From: a virus
Lineage: Duplodnaviria > Caudoviricetes
Direction: 5' to 3' (one strand)
IMG/VR virus record: IMGVR_UViG_3300036851_000446
Span: 1 to 58,577 of that record
Length of the DNA stretch: 58,577 bases
Shown: in pieces, positions 51,606 to 58,577 of the stretch
Numbering within the stretch: the first letter of the stretch is position 1
Layout of the letters: each line of letters starts with the position of its first letter
Notes under the pieces: generated by a model
The model's database searches: none
Told to the model about the DNA's origin: nothing
The model's input: only the letters and a program-made list of their open reading frames with translations
Made by a program: the position numbers and the translations under genes

Positions 51606-54161
51606 GGGCGCAGCGGCCTGTACGCCACCGAGCGGAACCACCGTCCACGCCTTGGTCTTGTTGCGGTTGAGGCCGGCCTCCACGACCGCCATCTCGAGGG
51701 CCCCGTGGCGTCGTCCATCCCGGCGCCTGAACGCCTCTCCGAGCCTCTTGGCGAGCTGTGGGCGCCCGATCGCGTCCACGAGCTCGGCCGGCACCACGTA
51801 GCGGAGATCGGTGTACTCCGACTCGATCTCGTGGGCGATCTCGGACGCCGAGACACTGCGCGAGCCAAAGTGCTCATGTAACGCCGACAGGAACGCTTCC
51901 CATGATTCGGTTTCAACATCAAGACTGGTATGAAGCTGTTCGAGATTAGCGAGGAACGCTCCCAGCCCGGCATGGTGCAAGGTGCCTGCGATCGCATGAG
52001 CCCATGGGGTGAAACCACCGATGGTGGGCTCCTTGGGGGCCGCAGGTCGACCCGCAACCCACCACGAGCGACAGATGGTCAACAGGGCGGCCACGAGGTC
52101 CCCCCGGTGGATCTGGGCCCAGCCAAGAAGGTCGGGGTGTTTGAAGCCACTACGGGTGTAGGGACGGGCCTGGTGGGCGTCGAGCCTTATGCGGTAACAG
52201 CGCCGGCCGATGTCACCGCCGACGGCGATGTTGTTGCCGGTGGCCACCCAGGTGCAGCGGTTCGGCACGGCGATGGTCTCGGTACGTCCGAGGAGGCGGT
52301 CGGTCCACTCGTCGGTCGTCAGTACCGCCGCAAGGCTCGGTGAGCGGATCGCGTCGTCGATGTTGTCGAGCACCACGAGGGTGGGGCCTTCGATGAGGAC
52401 TGCCGTGAGCATCTTGCGGATCTCGTCGTCCATCTTGGCTAGTGGCCGAGCTGCTGCTGGGCGCCCGGTGGCGATCACGGCGGCCACGTTGGCGAGCAGC
52501 CCCTTGCCTGTGCCCGGTTCGGGGGCATCCACGAGCGCCAGCGGCACCTGGCCGCTGATGGCTGGCCGCATGAGCGGCGTCAGCAGCAGCCCGAGAGCGT
52601 TGACGCGGTCGTCGGGGGTGTCGAACGGGAAGTCGGCGAGCAGCTCGAGTAGCAGGCCGCCGGCGGTGGCCACGTCGTCACTGGACGGCCGCTGCGGGAT
52701 CGTCGGCACCTCGAGGCCGTTGGGGATGTAGAGGCGCCGGGTGACCGGGTCGTAGCCGGGCTCGTCGTGCACGGTGCCGTCGGGCCTCAGGGTGGGCAGC
52801 TCGGTGACGGCCTCGAGTGGGGGGAAGGGCCAGCCTGGCGTGGCGAGGACGTCGTTGACGATGTCGAGCGGCGGGGGGACGTGGCTGACGTTGCCGTCCT
52901 TGTTCATTCGTACGGTGCGGCTCACGGCCGAGATGCGGTTGCGCAACTGGTAGGCGCCGACCGGCTCGACGATCGGGCGGCCGTTCTCGTCGACCCGCAC
53001 CCGGGTGAGCGCTCCGGCCCGGATGAACAGCGATGGCGGGTCATTGGCCGCCAGGAGGCAGGCGATCGTCTCGATCGCCACGTCCGCGAAAGGGCGGCTG
53101 TTGACCTGGATCACCACTGCACCGCGCTTGAGGACTTCGCCGGTGGCCGGGTCGATATCGAGCGGCAGGACGTTGACGTGCTCGCGGCGCCACTCGGCGG
53201 CGGCCTCGGTGAAATCGCCGTCGTGGTTGAGCCCGACGTGCAACTGCCAAGCGGTGAGCAGCCGCCGGCCGGTGACGAACTCGGACGGCATGGCGATCGA
53301 TGTCGACCATGGTGTGGCCCTGCCGTTGTCGGCCCACACGGTCAGTGATGAGCCCTCGGCGAGCTCCTTGCCCGGGCGGGTCCAGTGCATGTTGCCGTTC
53401 CGGTCGACGTGGTGACGCCGGAACCCGGCCACCTCGAGCACGTCGTCGACGCCCAGATCGAACCCGGGCAGGGTGCCGCCATCGCCGGACTCCCCTACCG
53501 GGATGGTTCGCTGCTCGAGCTCGTGGTCCTCTTCGAGCATGTCGAATCCCCGGGCGACGGCAAACAGGGCGTCGCGCTGGGCGGGGCTGATGGTGGCGAT
53601 CGTCTCGAATCCACCCTCGACGAGTACCCACGGCCGGCCGCTCGAGTGCGTGCGTCCCCTCGATGGGGCAACGACGACGAACCCACCTTCACCGCGGGTC
53701 TCGATGAGAACCTTGATCCGCTCTTCGGGGTTGGCGATGAGCTCGATCGAGGTGGCAGGCCGGCGGGCCAGCTTGGTGTTGCCGGCGACCTGCTCGCAGC
53801 GATAGAGGACGTGCCATCCGAGGCTGGGGGTGCGCTCGGCGTAGCCGCTAGCGATGTGCGCCCAGAGATCGAAGATGCCGGCGAGCTGCATGCGCTCGCG
53901 GAACGCGGCCACGACGCCCTCGTCGACGGCCCGACCCTCGAACTCGAGCATCTCGAGGTCACCCGAGACGCGACCGCAGACGATGCCCATGCCACGGTGG
54001 TCCTCGTCGTCGAACCACTGCTGCACCTGGGCGCGCTGGGGGCGTTCTTCCTGCCACTGCTTCCACTCCCCCAGCGGCTTCTTGGTACCGTCGCCGGCGG
54101 CACGGATGACGCAAAGACCCGCGTCGTAGGCCTCGAGAGCTGCGTCGGCAACTTCGGTCAT
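51498..54161 (-). CDS. Bifunctional primase-polymerase (Prim-Pol) / helicase
   Basis: GIVCG..LEMLEFE, RTPSLGWHVLY, IETRGEGGFVVVAPS; P-loop APEPGTGKG, VVLDN. Confidence 0.88.
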   Translation of the reverse strand: MTEVADAALEAYDAGLCVIRAAGDGTKKPLGEWKQWQEERPQRAQVQQWFDDEDHRGMGIVCGRVSGDLEMLEFEGRAVDEGVVAAFRERMQLAGIFDLWAHIASGYAERTPSLGWHVLYRCEQVAGNTKLARRPATSIELIANPEERIKVLIETRGEGGFVVVAPSRGRTHSSGRPWVLVEGGFETIATISPAQRDALFAVARGFDMLEEDHELEQRTIPVGESGDGGTLPGFDLGVDDVLEVAGFRRHHVDRNGNMHWTRPGKELAEGSSLTVWADNGRATPWSTSIAMPSEFVTGRRLLTAWQLHVGLNHDGDFTEAAAEWRREHVNVLPLDIDPATGEVLKRGAVVIQVNSRPFADVAIETIACLLAANDPPSLFIRAGALTRVRVDENGRPIVEPVGAYQLRNRISAVSRTVRMNKDGNVSHVPPPLDIVNDVLATPGWPFPPLEAVTELPTLRPDGTVHDEPGYDPVTRRLYIPNGLEVPTIPQRPSSDDVATAGGLLLELLADFPFDTPDDRVNALGLLLTPLMRPAISGQVPLALVDAPEPGTGKGLLANVAAVIATGRPAAARPLAKMDDEIRKMLTAVLIEGPTLVVLDNIDDAIRSPSLAAVLTTDEWTDRLLGRTETIAVPNRCTWVATGNNIAVGGDIGRRCYRIRLDAHQARPYTRSGFKHPDLLGWAQIHRGDLVAALLTICRSWWVAGRPAAPKEPTIGGFTPWAHAIAGTLHHAGLGAFLANLEQLHTSLDVETESWEAFLSALHEHFGSRSVSASEIAHEIESEYTDLRYVVPAELVDAIGRPQLAKRLGEAFRRRDGRRHGALEMAVVEAGLNRNKTKAWTVVPLGGVQAAAPAGTAGTDVHSNGQQSAGTAGRRGDLSIQREEDFGS

Positions 54162-54235
54162 GCCCTCCTCTTTCGCTGCGATACGTAGATGAGGTGGTCG
54201 GGGCCGGGACCCCAGAGCCCCGGCCCCCGCCGATG

Positions 54236-54484
54236 TCAGGTGCCGACGAGGAGAGGCTTCTCCACGGCCCACAGGTACACCGGCTTGTCACCGAAGAAGC
54301 CCTGTTCCTCAGCCGGCCCGATGCGCCAGACGTCAGCACTCAGCTGCTCCAATGGATATTTGGTGTTGGCCTTGCCAATGCGCTCGACGCGGGCTTCTAG
54401 AGCGGCCCGATCCGAGTAGACGGCATGGACCACGCGGTCATCGTCGCTCTCCTTGAGCAGCACCCAGACGGTCTCGTCAGCCAT
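54236..54484 (-). CDS. Hypothetical protein
   Basis: GAGG RBS; ORF track. Confidence 0.55.
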   Translation of the reverse strand: MADETVWVLLKESDDDRVVHAVYSDRAALEARVERIGKANTKYPLEQLSADVWRIGPAEEQGFFGDKPVYLWAVEKPLLVGT

Positions 54485-54707
54485 GGGTCGCCTCGTCGAG
54501 CCGTCGCTCCAGGTCGTTGACGACGTCGTTGGCATCGTCGGCCAGCCGCATCAGCTCGACGATCTCCTCGTCGCGGGCGGCGACGGTGTCGAGCAGGCGC
54601 CAGACGTCCTCCTTGGACGAGAGGTAGTGGGCGTGGCAGCTGAGCTTGCGCAGCTCGGCGACGCCGTTGGGGCTCATGCAGCCCTGGCGTGAGAGGTCAG
54701 CCATCAC
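54477..54707 (-). CDS. Hypothetical coiled-coil protein
   Basis: ORF track; overlaps. Confidence 0.55.
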   Translation of the reverse strand: MMADLSRQGCMSPNGVAELRKLSCHAHYLSSKEDVWRLLDTVAARDEEIVELMRLADDANDVVNDLERRLDEATHG

Positions 54708-55105
54708 ACGTCGTCCGCCGTGACCGCCTGCGATGCCCGGGCGATGAGGACGTCGATGACCTTGCCGGTGCCCTTGGCGGTCTTGTAGACGTCGTTGAAG
54801 TCCATCTTCACGATGTCTCCCGGCTTGGGGTCCGCCGCCAGGAGCCCGGCCTTGAGGTTGGCGATGCCGGCGGTGACAGTGACGAGGTCGCCGGCCTTGA
54901 GGTCACGCACAGTGGCGCCGTTGTCGCGGTAGCTCTTGGTGTCCTCGGTGAGGGTGCCGACCATCTGGGGGCAGGGCTTGTCGTTGGCGTCGGTGCCGCC
55001 GAGGGGATCGAAGCTCTGGACCTTGACGATGACGGTCTGGGGCGGCTTGGGCGCCCAGCCGATGAAGTCGCCCCGGGCGACCTCGACCTTGGTGAACTCA
55101 GTCAT
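54704..55105 (-). CDS. Putative ssDNA-binding (OB-fold-like) protein
   Basis: Strong codon bias, AAGGA RBS, beta-rich, located between exonuclease and primase. Confidence 0.5.
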   Translation of the reverse strand: MTEFTKVEVARGDFIGWAPKPPQTVIVKVQSFDPLGGTDANDKPCPQMVGTLTEDTKSYRDNGATVRDLKAGDLVTVTAGIANLKAGLLAADPKPGDIVKMDFNDVYKTAKGTGKVIDVLIARASQAVTADDV

Positions 55106-55142
55106 GGGGTTATTTGTCCTTTGTTGGGGGTGTGTTTGGAGA

Positions 55143-55355
55143 TCAGATCGGGTAACGCTCTCGGTCCTCTTCGTAGGCAGCGAGCATCGTCTTACAAGGT
55201 TCGCAAGGCTCGTTCGTCGTGATGGTCGCTACCGATCCGTCGGGCCAATAGGGTTCGGAGTCGGTCGTCCATTCGCAGCAGTTGGGCCAGTCGACCGACT
55301 TGCAGCCTGCGCATCTCCACTGCACGCAGTAGGCGCACACAGGGGTCTTGCTCAC
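55143..55355 (-). CDS. Small Cys-rich protein
   Basis: GTGA overlap. Confidence 0.5.
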   Translation of the reverse strand: MSKTPVCAYCVQWRCAGCKSVDWPNCCEWTTDSEPYWPDGSVATITTNEPCEPCKTMLAAYEEDRERYPI

Positions 55356-56770
55356 ACCAGCCCCTTCGCCTTCGCCTCGGCCTCGAACGCCACGACAGCG
55401 GGGTCGTCGGTGTCGGGAAACGGCATGCGGTGTTCCTTCTCGGTGTCCCAACAGATCCGGGAGACGACGTCCATCTCGGCGGCCGTCGTGGGCCCGCCCT
55501 TCGGGAACGTGGGCACCTCCGGATGCTCGGACCAGAACCGGGCGAGGGTGGCGGCGTGGCCGGCGGCCTTGATGGCGTCGACCCTGTCTTGGAGCCACTG
55601 GACCCGACTACGGAGCAACGCCCGCTCCTCAGGTGGGGTTCCGGGGTCCCTGGTCGGCACGCAGACCGCCGTGATGTGCGCCATGCCTGGAGCCACGTCG
55701 CACGTGGCGCAGCGCATCTCCGGCTCGTCGAAAGGTGGCGTCCAGATGTCGGGAGTGGGGCCGGCCGCCGGTTCGCTCTCCGAGGCGGTAGCGCCGCCGT
55801 CGGACCCGGTGGCCGGTTGGTCCCCGTTCTCCCTCGACGGGGTCGCCGGCGGCGGCTCAGAGAGCGTCTGCCGTTCCGCGGGGGTGCCCGTCGTGGTTGT
55901 GCCGCCGGCGGGCAGCAGGATGTTCTTGCGAGCCCGCCGGGCGGCCTTGGTGCCCTCGCGGTGGCTCTCCCAGCCAGACCGCATCGCCAGGAACGCTGCC
56001 TGCGCCTCGGCCAGGTCGACGGGGTACAGCTGGTAGCTGTCGGCTGTCAGCGAGACGAGGAGACCCGTGTCGAGCGCCGGCAGCTCCATGCGCATGGGCC
56101 GACCGTCGATGGGTGAGGCGACCACGACATACTCAGCCAGCGAGTACCCGCCTATCTGGGCGGCGTCCTCCTCGTAGCAGCCGTGCTCACCGCCCCTCGA
56201 TTTGTAGTCGACGAGTGCGTTCAGCGGCTTGCCGTCCACCTCGATCGTCCAGATGGCGTCCGCAGTGCCCCCGAAACCGATCGTGCGGTTGATGCAGACG
56301 ATCTCGGTGGCGACCCACGTCGGGTTCCAGTCGGCGACGAGCGCCGCGCAGGCCGGCAGGAAGGGCTCTGTCGCGACGTTGACGAGGATGTCGCCGAGCG
56401 CCTTGCCGGCGCCCAGCTCCTCGAGCACAGTGTGCACGCCATCGCCGCGTTCCGCTGCTCGGTTGAGCGTGCGGGTAGCGCTGGTGGCCACGAGGGTCAC
56501 AGCCGCCGCTCGGTCCTCGCCGAGCGCCTGGATGGCGTCGACCTTGTCGACGGCGAACTCGGCTGCCCAGAAGGCGTCGAGCGGCACCCGCTCACCAGTC
56601 GGCAGCGTCTTGCGGAACGGCTTGCTCCAGGCTTTCTTGACCGTCGTGATCGCCGGCCAGCGGTCCTCTGTGACCTCGGCGATGTCGTCGGCCGGCAGCG
56701 GATCGCAGTACCAACGTGCTCCGTACACCTTCGTCCGGAAGAGGTCGGGATCGGGGCCTGTGAGGGTCAT
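55352..56770 (-). CDS. PD-(D/E)xK (Cas4/RecB-like) exonuclease
   Basis: AAERGDGVH..LE, TEIV, FGGTADAI, LVDYKS, QIGGY. Confidence 0.85.
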   Translation of the reverse strand: MTLTGPDPDLFRTKVYGARWYCDPLPADDIAEVTEDRWPAITTVKKAWSKPFRKTLPTGERVPLDAFWAAEFAVDKVDAIQALGEDRAAAVTLVATSATRTLNRAAERGDGVHTVLEELGAGKALGDILVNVATEPFLPACAALVADWNPTWVATEIVCINRTIGFGGTADAIWTIEVDGKPLNALVDYKSRGGEHGCYEEDAAQIGGYSLAEYVVVASPIDGRPMRMELPALDTGLLVSLTADSYQLYPVDLAEAQAAFLAMRSGWESHREGTKAARRARKNILLPAGGTTTTGTPAERQTLSEPPPATPSRENGDQPATGSDGGATASESEPAAGPTPDIWTPPFDEPEMRCATCDVAPGMAHITAVCVPTRDPGTPPEERALLRSRVQWLQDRVDAIKAAGHAATLARFWSEHPEVPTFPKGGPTTAAEMDVVSRICWDTEKEHRMPFPDTDDPAVVAFEAEAKAKGLV

Positions 56771-57276
56771 CGCACGTGGCTCCAGGTCTGACGCCGATGC
56801 AGCATCGAGATGGTGCTGAACCTGACCCCGAACTCAGTTGCGAGGTCGACCTGCTTCTCGCCGGCGACGATCCGCTCGCGGATCTCGCGCACCTGGCCCT
56901 CGGTCAGCTTGGCCATAGGGTGCAGGTCGCCGGGCCGGTGTCGGGTAGCCCCCCGCCCCTTGCGGGCCATGTCGGCCATGTTCTGAGCGTGGGTCCCGAG
57001 GAACAGGTGCTCGGGGTTCACGCACGACGGGCGATCGCAGGTGTGACAGACCTCGAGCCCCTCGGCGATAGGCCCGCGGTACAACTCGTAGGCCAGTTGG
57101 TGGGCGTAGCGCCGGGTGCGACTCACTCCAAGCTGGCCATATCCCGCCTTGTTCGTGGAGCCGAGCCAGATCCAGCACGTATCCCCTCGGTCGGTGCGCC
57201 GCTCGAACTCCTCGCGAAGGTTGTCTCGCGTGATCGGAGTGTTGGGCCACCGGGACTTCGTGCGGACGACGCTCAC
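56767..57276 (-). CDS. HNH homing endonuclease with C-terminal HTH
   Basis: CWIWLGS..GYG, AHQLAYE, VCHTCDRPSCVNPEHLFLGTHAQN, AKLTE. Confidence 0.9.
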   Translation of the reverse strand: MSVVRTKSRWPNTPITRDNLREEFERRTDRGDTCWIWLGSTNKAGYGQLGVSRTRRYAHQLAYELYRGPIAEGLEVCHTCDRPSCVNPEHLFLGTHAQNMADMARKGRGATRHRPGDLHPMAKLTEGQVREIRERIVAGEKQVDLATEFGVRFSTISMLHRRQTWSHVR

Positions 57277-57566
57277 GTCGTGCCCTTAGCCAGCGCCTCG
57301 ATGTCGGCGAGAGCCTCGTCGTAGCCCTCCTGACGACCGATCTCCTTGGCCTCGTCGACATCGCGCTCGTGGTCCTCGATGTAGACGCAGTCGTCGTGCT
57401 GATCCTCGCCTTCGACGGTACCGACCAGCCGGTCAAGCGCCTCCGTGCTCAGCTCGACCACCGCCCGTCGACTGCCGCCGAAGCTCGTCTTGACGTCGGC
57501 CTCGACCCCGAGGTCGGACAGCTCCTTCTGGCGGATGGGGTCGGGGCTGTACTTCAGGTCGCTCAC
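57273..57566 (-). CDS. Acidic hypothetical protein
   Basis: GAGGAG RBS; ORF track. Confidence 0.6.
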   Translation of the reverse strand: MSDLKYSPDPIRQKELSDLGVEADVKTSFGGSRRAVVELSTEALDRLVGTVEGEDQHDDCVYIEDHERDVDEAKEIGRQEGYDEALADIEALAKGTT

Positions 57567-57781
57567 GTCGATCTCCTCAGTCGCTGTCGTCGTTCTCGTT
57601 GGGCCTCGGTCCGCTGCCGGCGGTACTCCACCTCGCCCACCTCGGCGGCCTGGCGCTCGTGGTACTCACGCACCCGGGTGGCCTCGCACCCCTTGCATGC
57701 CGACTCGATGGTTCCGTCGACACACGTCGAGAACTCCTCGAGCGGCTTGCGCTGTTCGCACTTCGTGCACGTGCGGGTCAT
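57563..57781 (-). CDS. Zinc-finger protein (CTKC...CKGC)
   Basis: ATGA overlap; resembles the N-terminus of endonuclease VII/HNH-type proteins. Confidence 0.55.
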   Translation of the reverse strand: MTRTCTKCEQRKPLEEFSTCVDGTIESACKGCEATRVREYHERQAAEVGEVEYRRQRTEAQRERRQRLRRST

Positions 57782-57930
57782 GTCGTCACCCACCCACGGT
57801 TGGTGGCTTCGGCGATGGCCCTCAACCGGCGCCTGGCATCGGCGGCCAGGGCGGCGACCTCGTGGTCCTCGAGCCCGTCGAGGTCGACCCGGTGCACGGT
57901 GTGGCCGGCGGCCTCGAGGCGGGCGGTCAT
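57778..57930 (-). CDS. Small hypothetical protein
   Basis: ATGA overlaps. Confidence 0.5.
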   Translation of the reverse strand: MTARLEAAGHTVHRVDLDGLEDHEVAALAADARRRLRAIAEATNRGWVTT

Positions 57931-58193
57931 GCCACGCCTCGTTGCTCTCGGCGCATTCGCTCGCGTTCGCGTCGGGACTTGCCGCCCCAGATACCGAACT
58001 CGATGTTCTCGTCGAGGGCGTACGCAAGGCAGGGCCCACGGGACACACACCCGGAGCACACTTGGCGGGCTTCCTTGGTCGACTGGCCCAGCGACGGGAA
58101 GAAGAGATCGGGGTCGAGCCCGAGGCAGTTGGCCCGGTCCATCCATGAGAGGTCGCGAGCCTCGGGGATGCGGGGCATCTGTCGTGGCCACAT
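57927..58193 (-). CDS. whiB: WhiB-family transcription factor
   Basis: WMDRANC..DPDLFFP...ARQVCSGC....CLAYAL...FGIWGG. Confidence 0.93.
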   Translation of the reverse strand: MWPRQMPRIPEARDLSWMDRANCLGLDPDLFFPSLGQSTKEARQVCSGCVSRGPCLAYALDENIEFGIWGGKSRRERERMRREQRGVA

Positions 58194-58504
58194 CACGCCG
58201 CCGCCCGTTCGTGGATGCGCCGCCGGACCATCCACCGGTCTTCGCAGCCGGGCACGGTGTAGAGGGGGCAGACAACCCGGGCGAGCTCGAGCGGCGTGGG
58301 CGCCTTGGCCCGGGCGACGGCGGGTCGTGCGACGCGGGTGTGGCGGGTGCGGCCGTTGTGGGTTCGGCGGAGGTCGCGTTCGGCGGCGGCGAGCTCGACC
58401 TCCGCGTGGTGGGCCCGGTGTAGGGCTGCGGCGCGTTCGTGGTCGAGCCAGACGATGATGGCGAGGAGGGCGACGACGCCGGTCGCTATGAGGGGGTCAT
58501 GCAT
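58193..58504 (-). CDS. Membrane-anchored hypothetical protein
   Basis: N-terminal TM; follows ORF 47-262 across the circular junction. Confidence 0.55.
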   Translation of the reverse strand: MHDPLIATGVVALLAIIVWLDHERAAALHRAHHAEVELAAAERDLRRTHNGRTRHTRVARPAVARAKAPTPLELARVVCPLYTVPGCEDRWMVRRRIHERAAA

Positions 58505-58577
58505 CGTCGGTGATCCAGCCTTCGAAGCACCCGTCGGGGCAGGCGTAGGACTCGTCGCAGAGGTCGCAGTGGGTGCC
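58451..58577. repeat. Terminal direct repeat, right copy
   Basis: Identical to 1-127. Confidence 0.95.

Noticed and set aside
55352-56770. CRISPR-associated Cas4
   Set aside because: Stand-alone phage recombination exonuclease context; no cas1/cas2 or array
58451-58577. Biological direct terminal repeat
   Set aside because: 127 bp matches a common assembler k-mer overlap and falls inside coding sequence far from the terminase region

Overview
The window is an apparently complete, circularly assembled genome (about 58.45 kb; positions 1-127 are repeated at 58451-58577) of a high-GC temperate siphovirus. WhiB, an XRE/DUF397 pair and an amidase lysin point to an Actinomycetota host. Most genes are on the minus strand: early/replication genes (sigma-like factor, WhiB, PD-(D/E)xK exonuclease, primase-polymerase/helicase followed by an ori-like inverted repeat, CoiA-like nuclease, RuvC), then packaging, HK97-type head, a ~7 kb glycosylation cassette (5 glycosyltransferases plus an FkbM methyltransferase) between the head-tail joining genes, tail, and lysis. 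A central block holds the cro/repressor switch, a large serine integrase with an intact attP-like site, and a plus-strand accessory region. The most notable locus is 12072-16370. It carries an ATP-dependent RNA ligase-like gene and a promoter with a perfect 17-bp operator that drives three tandem Y-RNA-like ncRNAs, a Ro60/TROVE protein and an HTH regulator. The third RNA is a circularly permuted tRNA mimic (YrlA type). At least two of the RNAs carry canonical-looking anticodon loops (Lys-CUU, Thr-UGU), which suggests a tRNA decoy/repair system. All family assignments come from motif recognition by eye; no searches were run.
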